Shown here in pieces: positions 1 through 12,159 of a DNA stretch of 64,000 nt. The first letter of the stretch is position 1. Every line of letters starts with the position of its first letter. Below the pieces are notes generated by a model. It did no database searches, was not told where the DNA came from, and saw only the letters and a list, made by a program, of their open reading frames with translations. The stretch comes from Eledone cirrhosa (lineage: Eukaryota). The stretch spans positions 62,001 through 126,000 of the forward strand of contig CAXHJY010000861.1 in NCBI GenBank assembly GCA_964016885.1, given 5' to 3'. The position numbers and the translations under genes were made by a program.

Positions 1-360
1 GAGAACCAAACCCTGATTACATATCACAGTACTCTGTCAAAGGTTATCTTTAGATCAACAAAAGCTAGATATTGAGACTTGTTCTTTGCTATGAACTTCT
101 CTTGTAATTGTCTCACTAAGAAGAGGGCATCTGTAGTGTTCCTCCCTCACATAAGACCAAACTACATCTCATTTAATTTCATTCTTTCCCTAATTAGTTG
201 TCTTATAACTATTTCTGTCACTTCCATTACTTGGTCCATTAGTTTTATTCCTCTATAGTTGCTCCTTTCTAGGGCGTCACCTTTTCCCTTGTAACAATTT
301 ATCATTGTACTGCTGCACCAGTCCTTCGGTATAACCCTGTCTTGTAGTACCTGATTAACT
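1..360 (-). mobile_element. Old RTE LINE fragment (RT region), left part of the copy hosting the 49-bp satellite
   Basis: The reverse complement encodes a decayed match to NQV..PKDWCS..INCYKGKGDALERSNYRGIKLMDQVM..DALFLVRQLQEK, homologous to the ORF at 4016-5590. Confidence 0.85.
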
Positions 361-1936
361 GTAGGTTACTAGTTCCTACATCACAGTAACTATCTCTGAT
401 AGTGCAACAGTAGGCTACTAGTTCCTACATCACAGTAACTATCTCTGATAGTCCTACAGTAGGTTACTAGTTCCTACATCACAGTAACTATCTGTGATAG
501 TCCAACAGTAGGTTACTAGTTCCTACATCACAGTTACTATCTCTGATAGTCCTACAGTAGGTTACTAGTTCCTACATCACCAACTTACGCTGATAGTCCA
601 ACAGTAGGTTACTAGTTCCTACATCACACCAACTATCTCTGATAGTCCAACAGTAGGTTACTAGTTCCTACATCACAGTAACTATCTCTGATAGTCCTAC
701 AGTAGGTTACTAGTTCCTACATCACAGTAACTATCTGTGATAGTCCAACAGTAGGTTACTAGTTCCTACATCACAGTTACTATCTCTGATAGTCCTACAG
801 TAGGTTACTAGTTCCTACATCACCAACTATCTCTGATAGTCCAACAGTAGGTTACTAGTTCCTACATCACACCAACTATCTCTGATAGTCCAACAGTAGG
901 TTTCTAGTTCCTACATCACAGCAACTATCTCTGATAGTCCAACAGTAGGTTACTAGTTCCTACATCACAGTAACTATCTCTGATAATCCAACAGTAGGTT
1001 ACTAGTCCCTACATCGCAGTAACTATCTCTGATAGTCCAACAGTAGGTTACTAGTTCCTACATCACACCAACTATCTCTGATAGTCCTACAGTAGGTTAC
1101 TAGTTCTTACATCACAGTAACTATCTCTGATAATCCAACAGTAGGTTACTAGTTCCTACATCACACCAACTATCTCTGATAGTCCAACTGTAGGTTACTA
1201 GTTCCTACATCACAGCAACTATCTCTGATAGTCCAACAGTAGGTTACTAGTTCCTACATCACAGTAACTATCTCTGATAATCCAACAGTAGGTTACTAGT
1301 TCCTACATCACACCAACTATCTCTGATAGTCCAACTGTAGGTTACTAGTTCCTACATCACAGCAACTATCTCTGATAGTCCAACAGTAGGTTACTAGTTC
1401 TTACATCACAGTAACTATCTCTGATAATCCAACAGTAGGTTACTAGTTCCTACATCACACCAACTATCTCTGATAGTCCAACTGTAGGTTACTAGTTCCT
1501 ACATCACAGCAACTATCTCTGATAGTCCAACAGTAGGTTACTATTTCCTACATCACACCAACTATCTCTGATAGTCCAACAGTAGGTTACTAGTTCCTAC
1601 ATCACACCAACTATCTCTGATAGTCCAACAGTAGGTTACTAGTTCCTACATCACAGTAACTATCTCTGATAATCCAACAGTAGGTTACTAGTCCCTACAT
1701 CGCAGTAACTATCTCTGATAATCCAACAGTAGGTTACTAGTTCCTACATCACAGTAACTATCTCTGATAATCCAACAGTAGGTTACTAGTTCCTACATCA
1801 CAGTAACTATCTCTGATAATCCAACAGTAGGTTACTAGTTCCTACATCACACCAACTACCTCTGATAGTCCTACAGTAGGTTACTAGTTCTTACATCACA
1901 GTAACTATCTCTGATAGTCCTACAGTAGGTTACTAG
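361..1936. repeat. 49-bp tandem satellite, left block (about 32 units)
   Basis: Unit gtaggttactagttcctacatcac(agt/acc)aactatctctgatagtcc(a/t)aca; period 49 (units start at 361, 410, ...); no spacers. Confidence 0.97.
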
Positions 1937-1943
1937 TTTAACA

Positions 1944-4900
1944 AAAATCGGCAACTCGCTATTTCTGGGATGGCTGTTCCTTCGGTATAAAGTAACGTTC
2001 AAATATTTTTCTCGATTCTTCTCTCCATTCGAACCCATTCATTCAATCACTATTCTATGTCCTAATTTCACACTACATCATATTTTCACCATTCTATATC
2101 ATATCTTTTCTCTAAAAATCATATTTTCCCTATCACCGCATTTTCTCTATTGTATTTTCTTAAACAAAACAAATCTTGTATTTTCGTTTATTGTTAAATT
2201 ATGCCCAAAATACGGCGATCTTATCTTAAACCTTACATTCTCGCTAACAACCCATCATCCCTCCCACCCGCCCCCACGCACCACCATTATTACGTGGACC
2301 AATCATAAGTCAGAGGCCCATACTATCGCTTAACTGGTTGCTTTTCGATATGATGGATGGACTACGGAATTCTGGAGAGTTGAAGAGAGAAAAATGTGGA
2401 CGCTCAGCGACAATGCCAAAGATAAAGCCAAATTCACCTCGTGGACGAGAATGCAAGCACTCCTCCTTGTTTCGGCCCAGGATGGCTAACATAACCCCAT
2501 CCCCCCCCCCCCCCCCGCGCCCCACCGCTCCCACCCTCCAAACGCAATCCAAAACTTCAGAGTTGGTACCATGAATGTAGGCACCTTAAAGGGTCGCTCT
2601 AACGAGGTTGTAGAAATGCTTGAACGTAAGGAGGTCGATGTTTGTTGTATTCAAGAGACCAGGTGGAGGGGAGGGTCGGCTAGATTCATCGTGGGTAAAG
2701 AACGATGCTATAAGCTTTTCTGGGTGGGAAATGACAATGGGTTGGGTGGGGTAGGAATCATGGTAGCAGAAAAGTGGGCAGATAAGATAATAGACGTAAA
2801 TAGAGTGAACGACAGAATAATTAAAATAAGACTTGTCCTCAATAAAACTACGGTGACAGTAATATCTGCGTACGCACCCCAATCCGGACTACCGGCGCTA
2901 TAAGAGACAGATTCTACGAGACACTGATGCTCGCTACCTCCCAAATAACCGACAGTGACTATATAGTTATTGCAGGCGACCTAAATGGTCACGTTGGACA
3001 ACATTGTGACGGTTATGACGGAATCCATGGAGGCTATGGGTTCGGTACTAGAAATGAGGAAGGCACCAGAATCCTGGAATTCTGCGACGCAAATAACTTA
3101 ACTATCTGTAACACTAACTTCAAAAAACGAGACAATCACTTGATCACCTATAGATCGGGGGAACACACAAGCCAGGTAGATTATATCCTTACCAGAAGAC
3201 GTGACAGAGTGTCTGTTGTTAACACTAAATCCCTCCCTCATGAAGAATTCACCTCCCAACATAGACTGATAATTAGCGACCTCATAGTCAGGACGAGACG
3301 TACTAGACAGCGGAAGAGGACTATCCTCAGGAGAAAAATATGGAAGCTAAAGGACCCCATAGCCAGAAATAAATTTCAAAGCATATTACTTGACGCTTTT
3401 GACAGTAAGGAAGAGCAATTAGAGTCGTATAATATAGAGGAACAGTGGGAATTCCTGAGAGCAAACCTGCTGACGGCGGCAGACGAAGTCTGTGGCTGGA
3501 GCAGGCCTGTAGGTAGGAGGAGAGTAACATGGTGGTGGAACAGTAAGGTGGAGGAGTCAATTAAGGCCAAAAAGCAGGCTTGGAAAGTATGGCGGGATGG
3601 GGGAAGTAGAGAAGACTATCAAGTGGCCAGGAGGGAAGCTAGGAGACAAGTGTACTTCGCAAGACGGGAAGCAGAGGAAAGAAAGTTCAAGCATGTTCTA
3701 CAACGTGAGGACCAAAAACGTGAGGTGTTCAGGATTGCCAGGCAATGTGTCAAGGAAAACCGTGATATTGTCGGGGAGAAGTGTGTACTTAACGATGATG
3801 GCATACTTGCCATCACCGACGCTGGTAAGAAGGTAGCTTGGAAGTGTCACTACGAAAGGCTTCTAAATGAGGAGAACAAATGGGAGAAAGACAGTCTCCC
3901 CCAGATCGATCCAATAGAGGGACCAGCAGTGTTAGTTGAAGGTAGTATAATAAGTAAGGCAATCAAAGATATGAAGACGGGTAAGGCGGCTGGGCCTTCG
4001 GAAATAGTTGCTTAGATGCTGAAGGCATCTGGTTCGGTGGGACACACCATGGTCACCCGGATAGTTAACCAAGTCGTACAGAATGGGGTTGTTCCGAAGG
4101 ACTGGCGTAGCAGCATCATCGTTAACTGCTATAAGGGAAAAGGAGATGCCCTAGATAGGAGTAACTATAGAGGCATTAAATTAATCGACCAGGTCATGAA
4201 GGTCACGGAAAAAGTAATAGCGCAACTAATCAGAGAGAGAATTGATCTAGATGAAATGCAGTTTGGGTTTGTGTCAGGCAAAAGTACCACAGACGCTCTT
4301 TTCATTGTACGACAACTACAGGAGAAGTACCTAGCTAAAAGTAAACCCCTATACTTAGCTTTCGTCGACTTGGAGAAAGCCTTCGACAGAGTCCCCCGTT
4401 CCATTATCTGGTGGTCTCTTAGAAAACTAGGTGTTGACGAATGGCTTGTGAGAGCTATACAAGCCATGTATAAAGAAACAGTCAGTAAGGTTAGAATTAA
4501 CAACGAATATAGTGATGAGTTTAGCGTAAAAGTTGGTGTCCATCAGGGCTCTGTTCTTAGCCCCCTACTATTTATTATTGCCCTTCAGGCTATAACAGAG
4601 GAGTTCAAGACCGGCTGCCCATGGGAACTCCTATACGCAGATGATCTAACGCTCATAGCTGAATCAATGACCGAACTAGAGAAGAAATTCCAAACATGGA
4701 AGCACGGCCTAGAATCAAAAGGCCTTAAAATTAACCTGGCTAAGACTAAAGTTCTAGTTTGTAGGAAAGAAAATAAGGCGGCGGTCCCATCTGGGAAATG
4801 GCCATGCTCAGTGTGTAGGAAAGGCGTAGGTAGAAACTCCATTTTATGTCCCAAATGCAAAGTATGGGTGCATAAAAGATGTAGTGGGATCACAGGTAAG

Positions 4901-6094
4901 CTAACTAAGAACATAGATTTTACATGTGGCCGGTGCTCTGGTGCAATAAGTAGCAGCAAGTGCCCACAAAATACTAGCTCCTTCAACTGCGCAGAGGGTT
5001 CTATAGAAATAGTGGACAGCTTCCGTTATCTGGGTGACAAAATCAGCAGTGGGGGAGGGTGCTCTGAAAGTACAGTAGCTAGAGTCAGAACTGGATGGAA
5101 AAAGTTCAGAGAGCTTATACCACTATTAGCCGCTAGAGGGTTCTCCCTAAAAATGAAAGGCAGGTTATACGATGCCTGCATACGAACAGCAATGCTGCAT
5201 GGCAGTGAGACCTGGGCATTGTGTGCAGAGGATATACGCAGACTAGAGAGGAACGAAGCTTGCTTGCTCCGCTGGATGTGCAATAGTAATATACGTGAAC
5301 GGCAAAGCATAAACGAACTAAGGAAAAAATTAGAAATAAGAGGGATCAGATGTTGTTTACTCGAGAGAAGGCTACGTTGGTACGGTCACGTGATGCGCAT
5401 GAAAGACGACAGCTGTATAACAAAGTGCAGGGCAATAAAGATAGATGGTAGCCACGGAGTAGGCAGACCCAGAAAAACATGGGACGAGCTGATAAATTCC
5501 GACCTTACACGCTTACACCTCTCCAAGACAATGTCACTGGACCGAGACCTTTGGCGGTACTCAGTAATAGAGAAGACCCGCCTTACCTAAATACAAAGTA
5601 AAAACCTACTACAGTCAGTAGGCATCTCTATCAAAACACACCTCCGTCCCACCACCTCCACCCCACCCACACCGCCCCTTTCAATGTAAAGTAATGTTGG
5701 TCCCACAACATCCAGGCCGAAACAAATGAGATCGTGTAGGTGTCACGACAAAAAACACAGTCCACGCTGTAAATGTGGCCGTGTAGGCAACACGGTAAAA
5801 ACCTCCCAGCCCCATACTGTAAATGTGGTTGGTGTTAGGAAGGGCATCCAGCTGTAGAAAACCCGCCAGACAGTCCACGCTGTAATGTGGCCGTGTAGGC
5901 AACACGGTAAAAACCTCCCAGCCCCACACTGTAAATGTGGTTGGTGTTAGGAAGGGCATCCAACTGTAGAAAACCCGCCAGACAGTCCTATGCGAGCAAG
6001 ACAACCACTCTTGCCTCAAGTGGGAAAACCCCCGTCCAAACCCATGCAAGCGTGGAACACGGACGCTAAACCTGATGATGATGATGATGATGAT
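1944..6094 (+). mobile_element. Full-length, near-intact RTE-clade LINE
   Basis: 5' UTR, a single EN-RT reading frame with two lesions, a 3' UTR with an internal duplication, and a (GAT)n tail at 6074-6094. Confidence 0.95.
2571..5590 (+). pseudogene. RTE ORF: APE endonuclease + reverse transcriptase + internal PHD-type finger
   Basis: Motifs NVGTL, CCIQETRW, AGDLNGHVG, QVDYIL, FVDLEKAFD, GVHQGSVLSPLLF, LYADD, FRYLG. Frameshift near 2895 and in-frame TAG at 4013-4015, where other copies have E (IVAEMLK). Confidence 0.93.
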
Positions 6095-6663
6095 GGTTAT
6101 AGAGTAGTCGCCACTTTAGCAGGGTGGTAGAATCAGTGGTCGTTACTTTAACAGGGTAGATGATTGAAGGTCGTTAGTTGCCAGTGTGGTAAGTGATAGT
6201 ATCCTCGTTGGATTATCTTGTTGACATAGACGTGAGGGAAGGTCCCTCGATCTATTTATCATCTATTTACAATATTCCTTTCGTCAGGTCGCCAATTCCA
6301 GCAGCATGGATTATAGATGTTATTGAGACACGAGTAACATAATAATGATTTCAACAGCAGTAATTAGAGATGAAATGTATGTTTATTTATATGGTTGAAG
6401 TTACAGATAAAAAGAGGTTACAAAAGGGAATGTGCCATTGCGCCGTTAAGCCGGCGAGGCTAGGGTGCAAATCTCACCGTTACATTATGCGTGTTGCTGG
6501 CTTGAAGTTTCCGGTACAAGAGAGAGATTCTTCAAATCTTCGCGGGGAATTTCTTCCTCAGGGCGCGTAGGGATACATCCTCTTCTACTGGCGCTGATTG
6601 GCTGAACTGAGCCAAATCACGCACAGAGAATGTATGTGAGCCCACGGAATGTAGGTCACTACA
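6094..6663 (-). repeat. 3' LTR of the non-autonomous LTR element
   Basis: Direct repeat of 8273-8842 with about 6 substitutions counted by eye; begins TGTAGTGAC on -. Confidence 0.9.
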
Positions 6664-8260
6664 TCACCTCCGACCAGATTTTCAGCCGAAAATCGATAAC
6701 GAAGAAACCAAGGACCCACATATTATTGAATCAGCAAGAACAAATGCTGAAAGAGCACATCAGTGAAAAAATAATTGAGCAGAAAGATTCATGCAAGAAC
6801 AAAAAAAATTAGGCGCGACGGGCCGTGTTGAGCCGCTGTCAAATGACTAGCTGTTTTGTAGTTTAAACGAGACCCTCAAGGGCCTACCAGAAAACAGATA
6901 AAGGCTGACATGGGCGAAGTTGCTGTTCTTGCATTAAATGTTAATGGTAAGCGTTGTACCAGTAGCTGTGAACGAAGCTATTATGGTAGTTTACCAGTGC
7001 TGGCAAGAAAATGATGGCCCCCTGATGTATTGTCGAATGTGCTGTGGAGCCAGGAAGAAATGGCTGGTTGCTTTGTAAAGAAAAAAAAAGGCAAGTTTAA
7101 TCTGTAGGTGGGTTGCAGTGTAAATTCCATAATTCGGGCGAATCCACTGAAGTGGCTGAAGTATTGACAAGTCCAGTTCAATTTGTTGCCTTCCCAGCGA
7201 GTCGGGCAAAAACAACAAGACGGATGGCCGTCATGGACGATCAGTGTGCAACGAGATGCGAAGCTGTTTGAGTTCAGCTGCAATTAGAATTCTCGTGTTG
7301 CAGTGCCTGTTTGAATCCAGTGGATTAAGCTCTGTGAGCTGCTAGCATGTGACAGCATCTCAACCAGGTGAAAAGGGACTCGCAGAATATTACGCTTGAA
7401 GAACATATACCAAGAACAACATGTTGGTGTGTGATAAAAAAAATGTGTGCATATGCAGGCATGTAAAACAGCAAAGAATGTGAATGAACAAAAACCATGA
7501 GCAAACAAATAGCAAAAGAGCACAAAACAAGTAAATGCATTCTACAAAGAAATATGTGAATGTAACAAACTGATAATTCAAAGTCAATCTAAGGGAGCAG
7601 AGAAATTGCTCAATAAGTTCAAAGTTTTTCAAAGTCAAATAGTTCACACATCACCAGTGTACAGACACTAGTTCTATCTGAAAACTGAAAAAGAAGTTTG
7701 TTAATGCCGTTAGGGGTTAGATGTATGGTGTTTTTGTGAGTTTTCGTGGCCATTTTACCGTCCCGCCACACGGTTGTGTTGCTTATTGTTAAAGCAATGT
7801 CAAAGAATCTTCTGTAGAGTAGCGGTCACCAAATATGGCAGCCACGTCTGACGCCATAATGGTGAGAAAACTACTGTCTCAATTTCTCGCGTCCCTGTGG
7901 TAACGAGACAGAAGGTATGGTGGTTGCGTCGGTAAGGCTACAAGCCGTCCTGAAATTTCCGATGTGTGGTGGTTTGCGTCGGTAAGGCTATGAAGCTGCC
8001 ACTCACTATTCCCTGCTTTGGTCAGTGGCTAAACAATGTTGTTGCTGCTGTTGTTGTTGTCAAGTGTAGCCAGGAGATGTCGGGAGCCATCTTGAAATTT
8101 TTTCGTGGCGAAAAAGTTTTTGAAATACTGCTAATTTTTCAAAAATCTTAAAAGGAATATTTTGTATCTTCGCAAGTTGCGAAAAGGTTGGCAAAGGGGC
8201 AATAAAAGTTCAACTGAATGAAAAAGAAGGGCTGCGTTAAATTCTTACGTCGGTCACCAC

Positions 8261-8842
8261 TTTAGCAGTTATTGGTTATAGAGTAGTCGCCACTTTAGCA
8301 GGGTGGTAGAATCAGTGGTCGTTACTTTAACAGGGTAGATGATTGAAGGTCGTTAGTTGCCAGTGTGGTAAGTGATAGTATCCTCGTTGGATTATCTTGT
8401 TGACATAGACGTGAGGGAAGGTCCCTCGATCTATTTACCATCTATTTACAATATTCCTTTCGTCAGGTCGCCAATTCCAGCAGCATGGATTATAGATGTT
8501 ATTGAGACACGAGTAACATAATAATGATTTCAACCGCAGAAATTAGAGATGAAATGTATGTTTATTTATATGGTTGAAGTTACAGATAAAAAGAGGTTAC
8601 AAAAGGGAATGTGCCATTGCGCCGTTAAGCCGGTGAGGCTAGGGTGCAAATCTCACCATTACATTATGCGTGTTGCTGGCTTGAAGTTTCCGGTACAAGA
8701 GAGAGATTCTTCAAATCTTCGCGGGGAATTTCTTCCTCAGGGCGCGTAGGGATACATCCTCTTCTACTGGCGCTGATTGGCTGAACTGAGCCAAATCACG
8801 CACAGAGAATGTATGTGAGCCCGCGGAATGTAGGTCACTACA
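8261..8842 (-). repeat. 5' LTR (582 bp) of the non-autonomous LTR element
   Basis: Reads TGTAGTGACC...CTGCTAAA on -, followed after 1 nt by PBS TGGTGACCGACGT. Confidence 0.9.
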
Positions 8843-11624
8843 CTAGTCCCTACATCACACCAACTATCTCTGATAGTCCAACTGTAGGTTACTAGTTCCT
8901 ACATCACAGTAACTATCTCTGATAGTCCTACAGTAGGTTACTAGTTCCTACATCACACCAACTATCTCTGATAGTCCAACAGTAGGTTACTAGTTCCTAC
9001 ATCACAGTAACTATCTCTGATAGTCCAACAGTAGGTTACTAGTTCCTACATCACAGTAACTATCTCTGATAGTCCAACAGTAGGTTACTAGTTCCTGCAT
9101 CACACCAACTATCTCTGATAGTCCTACAGTAGGTTACTAGTTCCTATATCACACCAACTATCTCTGATAGTCCTACAGTAGGTTACTAGTTCCTACATCA
9201 CAGTAACTATCTCTGATAGTCCTACAGTAGGTTACTAGTTCCTACATCACAGTAACTATCTCTGATAGTCCTACAGTAGGTTACTAGTTCCTACATCACA
9301 CCAGCTATCTCTGATAGTCCTACAGTAGGTTACTAGTTCCTACATCACACCAACTACCTCTGATAGTCCTACAGTAGGTTACTAGTTCCTACATCACACC
9401 AACTATCTCTGATAGTCCTACAGTAGGTTACTAGTTCATACATCACACCAACTACCTCTGATAGTCCAACAGTAGGTTACTAGTTCCTACATCACACCAA
9501 CTATCTCTGATAGTCCTACAGTAGGTTACTAGTTCCTACATCACACCAACTATCTCTGATAGTCCTACAGTAGGTTACTAGTTCCTACATCACACCAACT
9601 ATCTCTGACAGTCCTACAGTAGGTTACTAGTTCCTACATCACAGTAACTATCTCTGATAGTCCAACAGTAGGTTCCTAGTTCCTACATCACACCAACTAT
9701 CTCTGACAGTCCTACAGTAGGTTACTAGTTCCTACATCACACCAACTACCTCTGATAGTCCTACAGTAGGTTACTAGTTCCTACATCACACCAACTATCT
9801 CTGATAGTCCTACAGTAGGTTACTAGTTCCTACATCACACCAACTATCTCTGATAGTCCTACAGTAGGTTACTAGTTCCTACATCACACCAACTATCTCT
9901 GATAGTCCTACAGTAGGTTACTAGTTCCTACATCACAGTAACTATCTCTGATAGTCCTACAGTAGGTTACTAGTTCCTACATCACACCAACTACCTCTGA
10001 TAGTCCTACAGTAGGTTACTAGTTCCTACATCACAGTAACTATCTCTGATAGTCCTACAGTAGGTTACTAGTTCCTACATCACACCAACTACCTCTGATA
10101 GTCCTACAGTAGGTTACTAGTTCCTACATCACAGTAACTATCTCTGATAGTCCTACAGTAGGTTACTAGTTCCTACATCACACCAACTACCTCTGATAGT
10201 CCTACAGTAGGTTACTAGTTCCTACATCACAGTAACTATCTCTGATAGTCCTACAGTAGGTTACTAGTTCCTACATCACACCAACTACCTCTGATAGTCC
10301 TACAGTAGGTTACTAGTTCCTACATCACAGTAACTATCTCTGATAGTCCTACAGTAGGTTACTAGTTCCTACATCACACCAACTATCTCTGATAGTCCTA
10401 CAGTAGGTTACTAGTTCCTACATCACACCAACTATCTCTGATAGTCCTACAGTAGGTTACTAGTTCCTACATCACAGTAACTATCTCTGATAGTCCTACA
10501 GTAGGTTACTAGTTCCTACATCACACCAACTATCTCTGATAGTCCTACAGTAGGTTACTAGTTCCTACATCACACCAACTATCTCTGATAGTCCTACAGT
10601 AGGTTACTAGTTCCTACATCACACCAACTATCTCTGATAGTCCAACAGTAGGTTACTAGTTCCTACATCACACCAACTATCTCTGATAGTCCAACAGTAG
10701 GTTACTAGTTCCTACATCACAGTAACTATCTCTGATTGTCCAACAGTAGGTTACTAGTTCCTACATCACACCAACTATCTCTGATAGTCCAACAGTAGGT
10801 TACTAGTTCCTACATCACAGTAACTATCTCTGATTGTCCAACAGTAGGTTACTAGTTCCTACATCACACCAACTACCTCTGATAGTCCAACAGTAGGTTA
10901 CTAGTTCCTACATCACACCAACTATCTCTGATAGTCCTACAGTAGGTTACTAGTTCCTACATCACACCAACTATCTCTGATAGTCCAACAGTAGGTTACT
11001 AGTTCCTACATCACACCAACTATCTCTGATAGTCCAACTGTAGGTTACTAGTTCCTACATCACAGTAACTATCTCTGATAGTCCAACAGTAGGTTACTAG
11101 TTCCTACATCACAGTAACTATCTCTGATAGTCCAACAGTAGGTTACTAGTTCCTACATCACACCAACTACCTCTGATAGTCCAACAGTAGGTTATTAGTT
11201 CCTACATCACAGTAACTATCTCTGATAGTCCTACAGTAGGTTACTAGTTCCTACATCACACCAACTACCTCTGATAGTCCAACAGTAGGTTACTAGTTCC
11301 TACATCACACCAACTATCTCTGACAGTCCAACAGTAGGTTACTAGTTCCTACATCACACCAACTACCTCTGATAGTCCTACAGTAGGTTACTAGTTCCTA
11401 CATCACACCAACTACCTCTGATAGTCCTACAGTAGGTTACTAGTTCCTACATCACAGTAACTATCTCTGATAGTCCTACAGTAGGTTACTAGTTCCTACA
11501 TCACACCAACTACCTCTGATAGTCCAACAGTAGGTTACTAGTTCCTACATCACACCGACTATCTCTGATAGTCCTACAGTAGGTTACTAGTTCCTACATC
11601 ACACCAACTACCTCTGATAGTCCA
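8843..11624. repeat. 49-bp tandem satellite, right block (about 57 units)
   Basis: Same unit as 361-1936; resumes in register after the duplicated ctag. Confidence 0.97.
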
Positions 11625-12000
11625 GCAACTTTACCATTCTTCATCTCCTTGTTTCTTTAACCCTAAAAATATCTATTTCAATAGCTGGTCCCTCAGTCAG
11701 GGGTAGTTTCTCTTCCTCCCACTCATCCTCAACCTTATTCAATCTCTCATTGTAATATTTGCAGACTTTTTCTTTTGGGCATCAGTGGTGTTAAGTGCCC
11801 TGGGGTCATTTCAAACTCACTTTTCCCTAACATCCCAAGTCACACTGACACGCTACCTTACAACACTTCTTGTCTCTGTTCTTCATATCACAAGACATTG
11901 ACAAACCTTCTTTCAACCTATTCACATACTATGTATACTGTCATCTTCTGCTTTATCCATCAGGATCTCTGCAGCCCCTAATGTCCCAGTATTTCCATGT
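11625..12000 (-). mobile_element. Old RTE fragment continuing the copy at 1-360
   Basis: The minus strand gives decayed ERLNKVEDEWEEEKLP..EGPAIEID..EMKNGKVAG, the RTE segment immediately N-terminal to the satellite-forming segment. Confidence 0.75.
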
Positions 12001-12069
12001 CTCATGTCCTTAATGGTTCTACATTCCAGATATGGATTAAAACATGACATTCTATATTATTTCATCCAG

Positions 12070-12139
12070 GTCTGAAAAAGTCTACACCTGCAAAGACCAA
12101 AGTTAAACCAGAAGATCCTTCAGACAAAGAGGAGGAACT
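12070..12139 (+). CDS. SKA3: Probable SKA3 internal exon (GLKKSTPAKTKVKPEDPSDKEEEL)
   Basis: tttcatccag acceptor, open frame, GTATCCTTT donor; phase 2 joins in frame to the exon at 15214. Confidence 0.65.
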
Positions 12140-12159
12140 GTATCCTTTCTTTTATATTT

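Larger units (their letters stand above)
1937..8842 (-). mobile_element. Non-autonomous LTR retroelement inserted in the satellite, with an RTE nested in its 3' LTR
   Basis: Two near-identical LTRs (6094-6663, 8261-8842). TSD ctag at 1933-1936 and 8843-8846. PBS tggtgaccgacgt (-, 8247-8259). Purine-rich ggaggtga directly before the 3' LTR. The 1.6-kb interior has no recognisable pol. Confidence 0.8.

Noticed and set aside
4013-4015. Programmed stop readthrough or two-ORF organisation in the RTE
   Set aside because: Other copies in the window encode E at this codon (IVAEMLK), so it is a point mutation or sequencing error.
6370-8749. Duplicated 66-aa ORF (6370-6570 and 8549-8749)
   Set aside because: It lies within the two LTRs; the duplication is explained by LTR structure and there is no protein motif.
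361-11624. CRISPR-like array with a palindromic repeat next to a reverse transcriptase
   Set aside because: Units are head-to-tail with no unique spacers, there are no cas genes, the context is eukaryotic, and the unit derives from RTE sequence.
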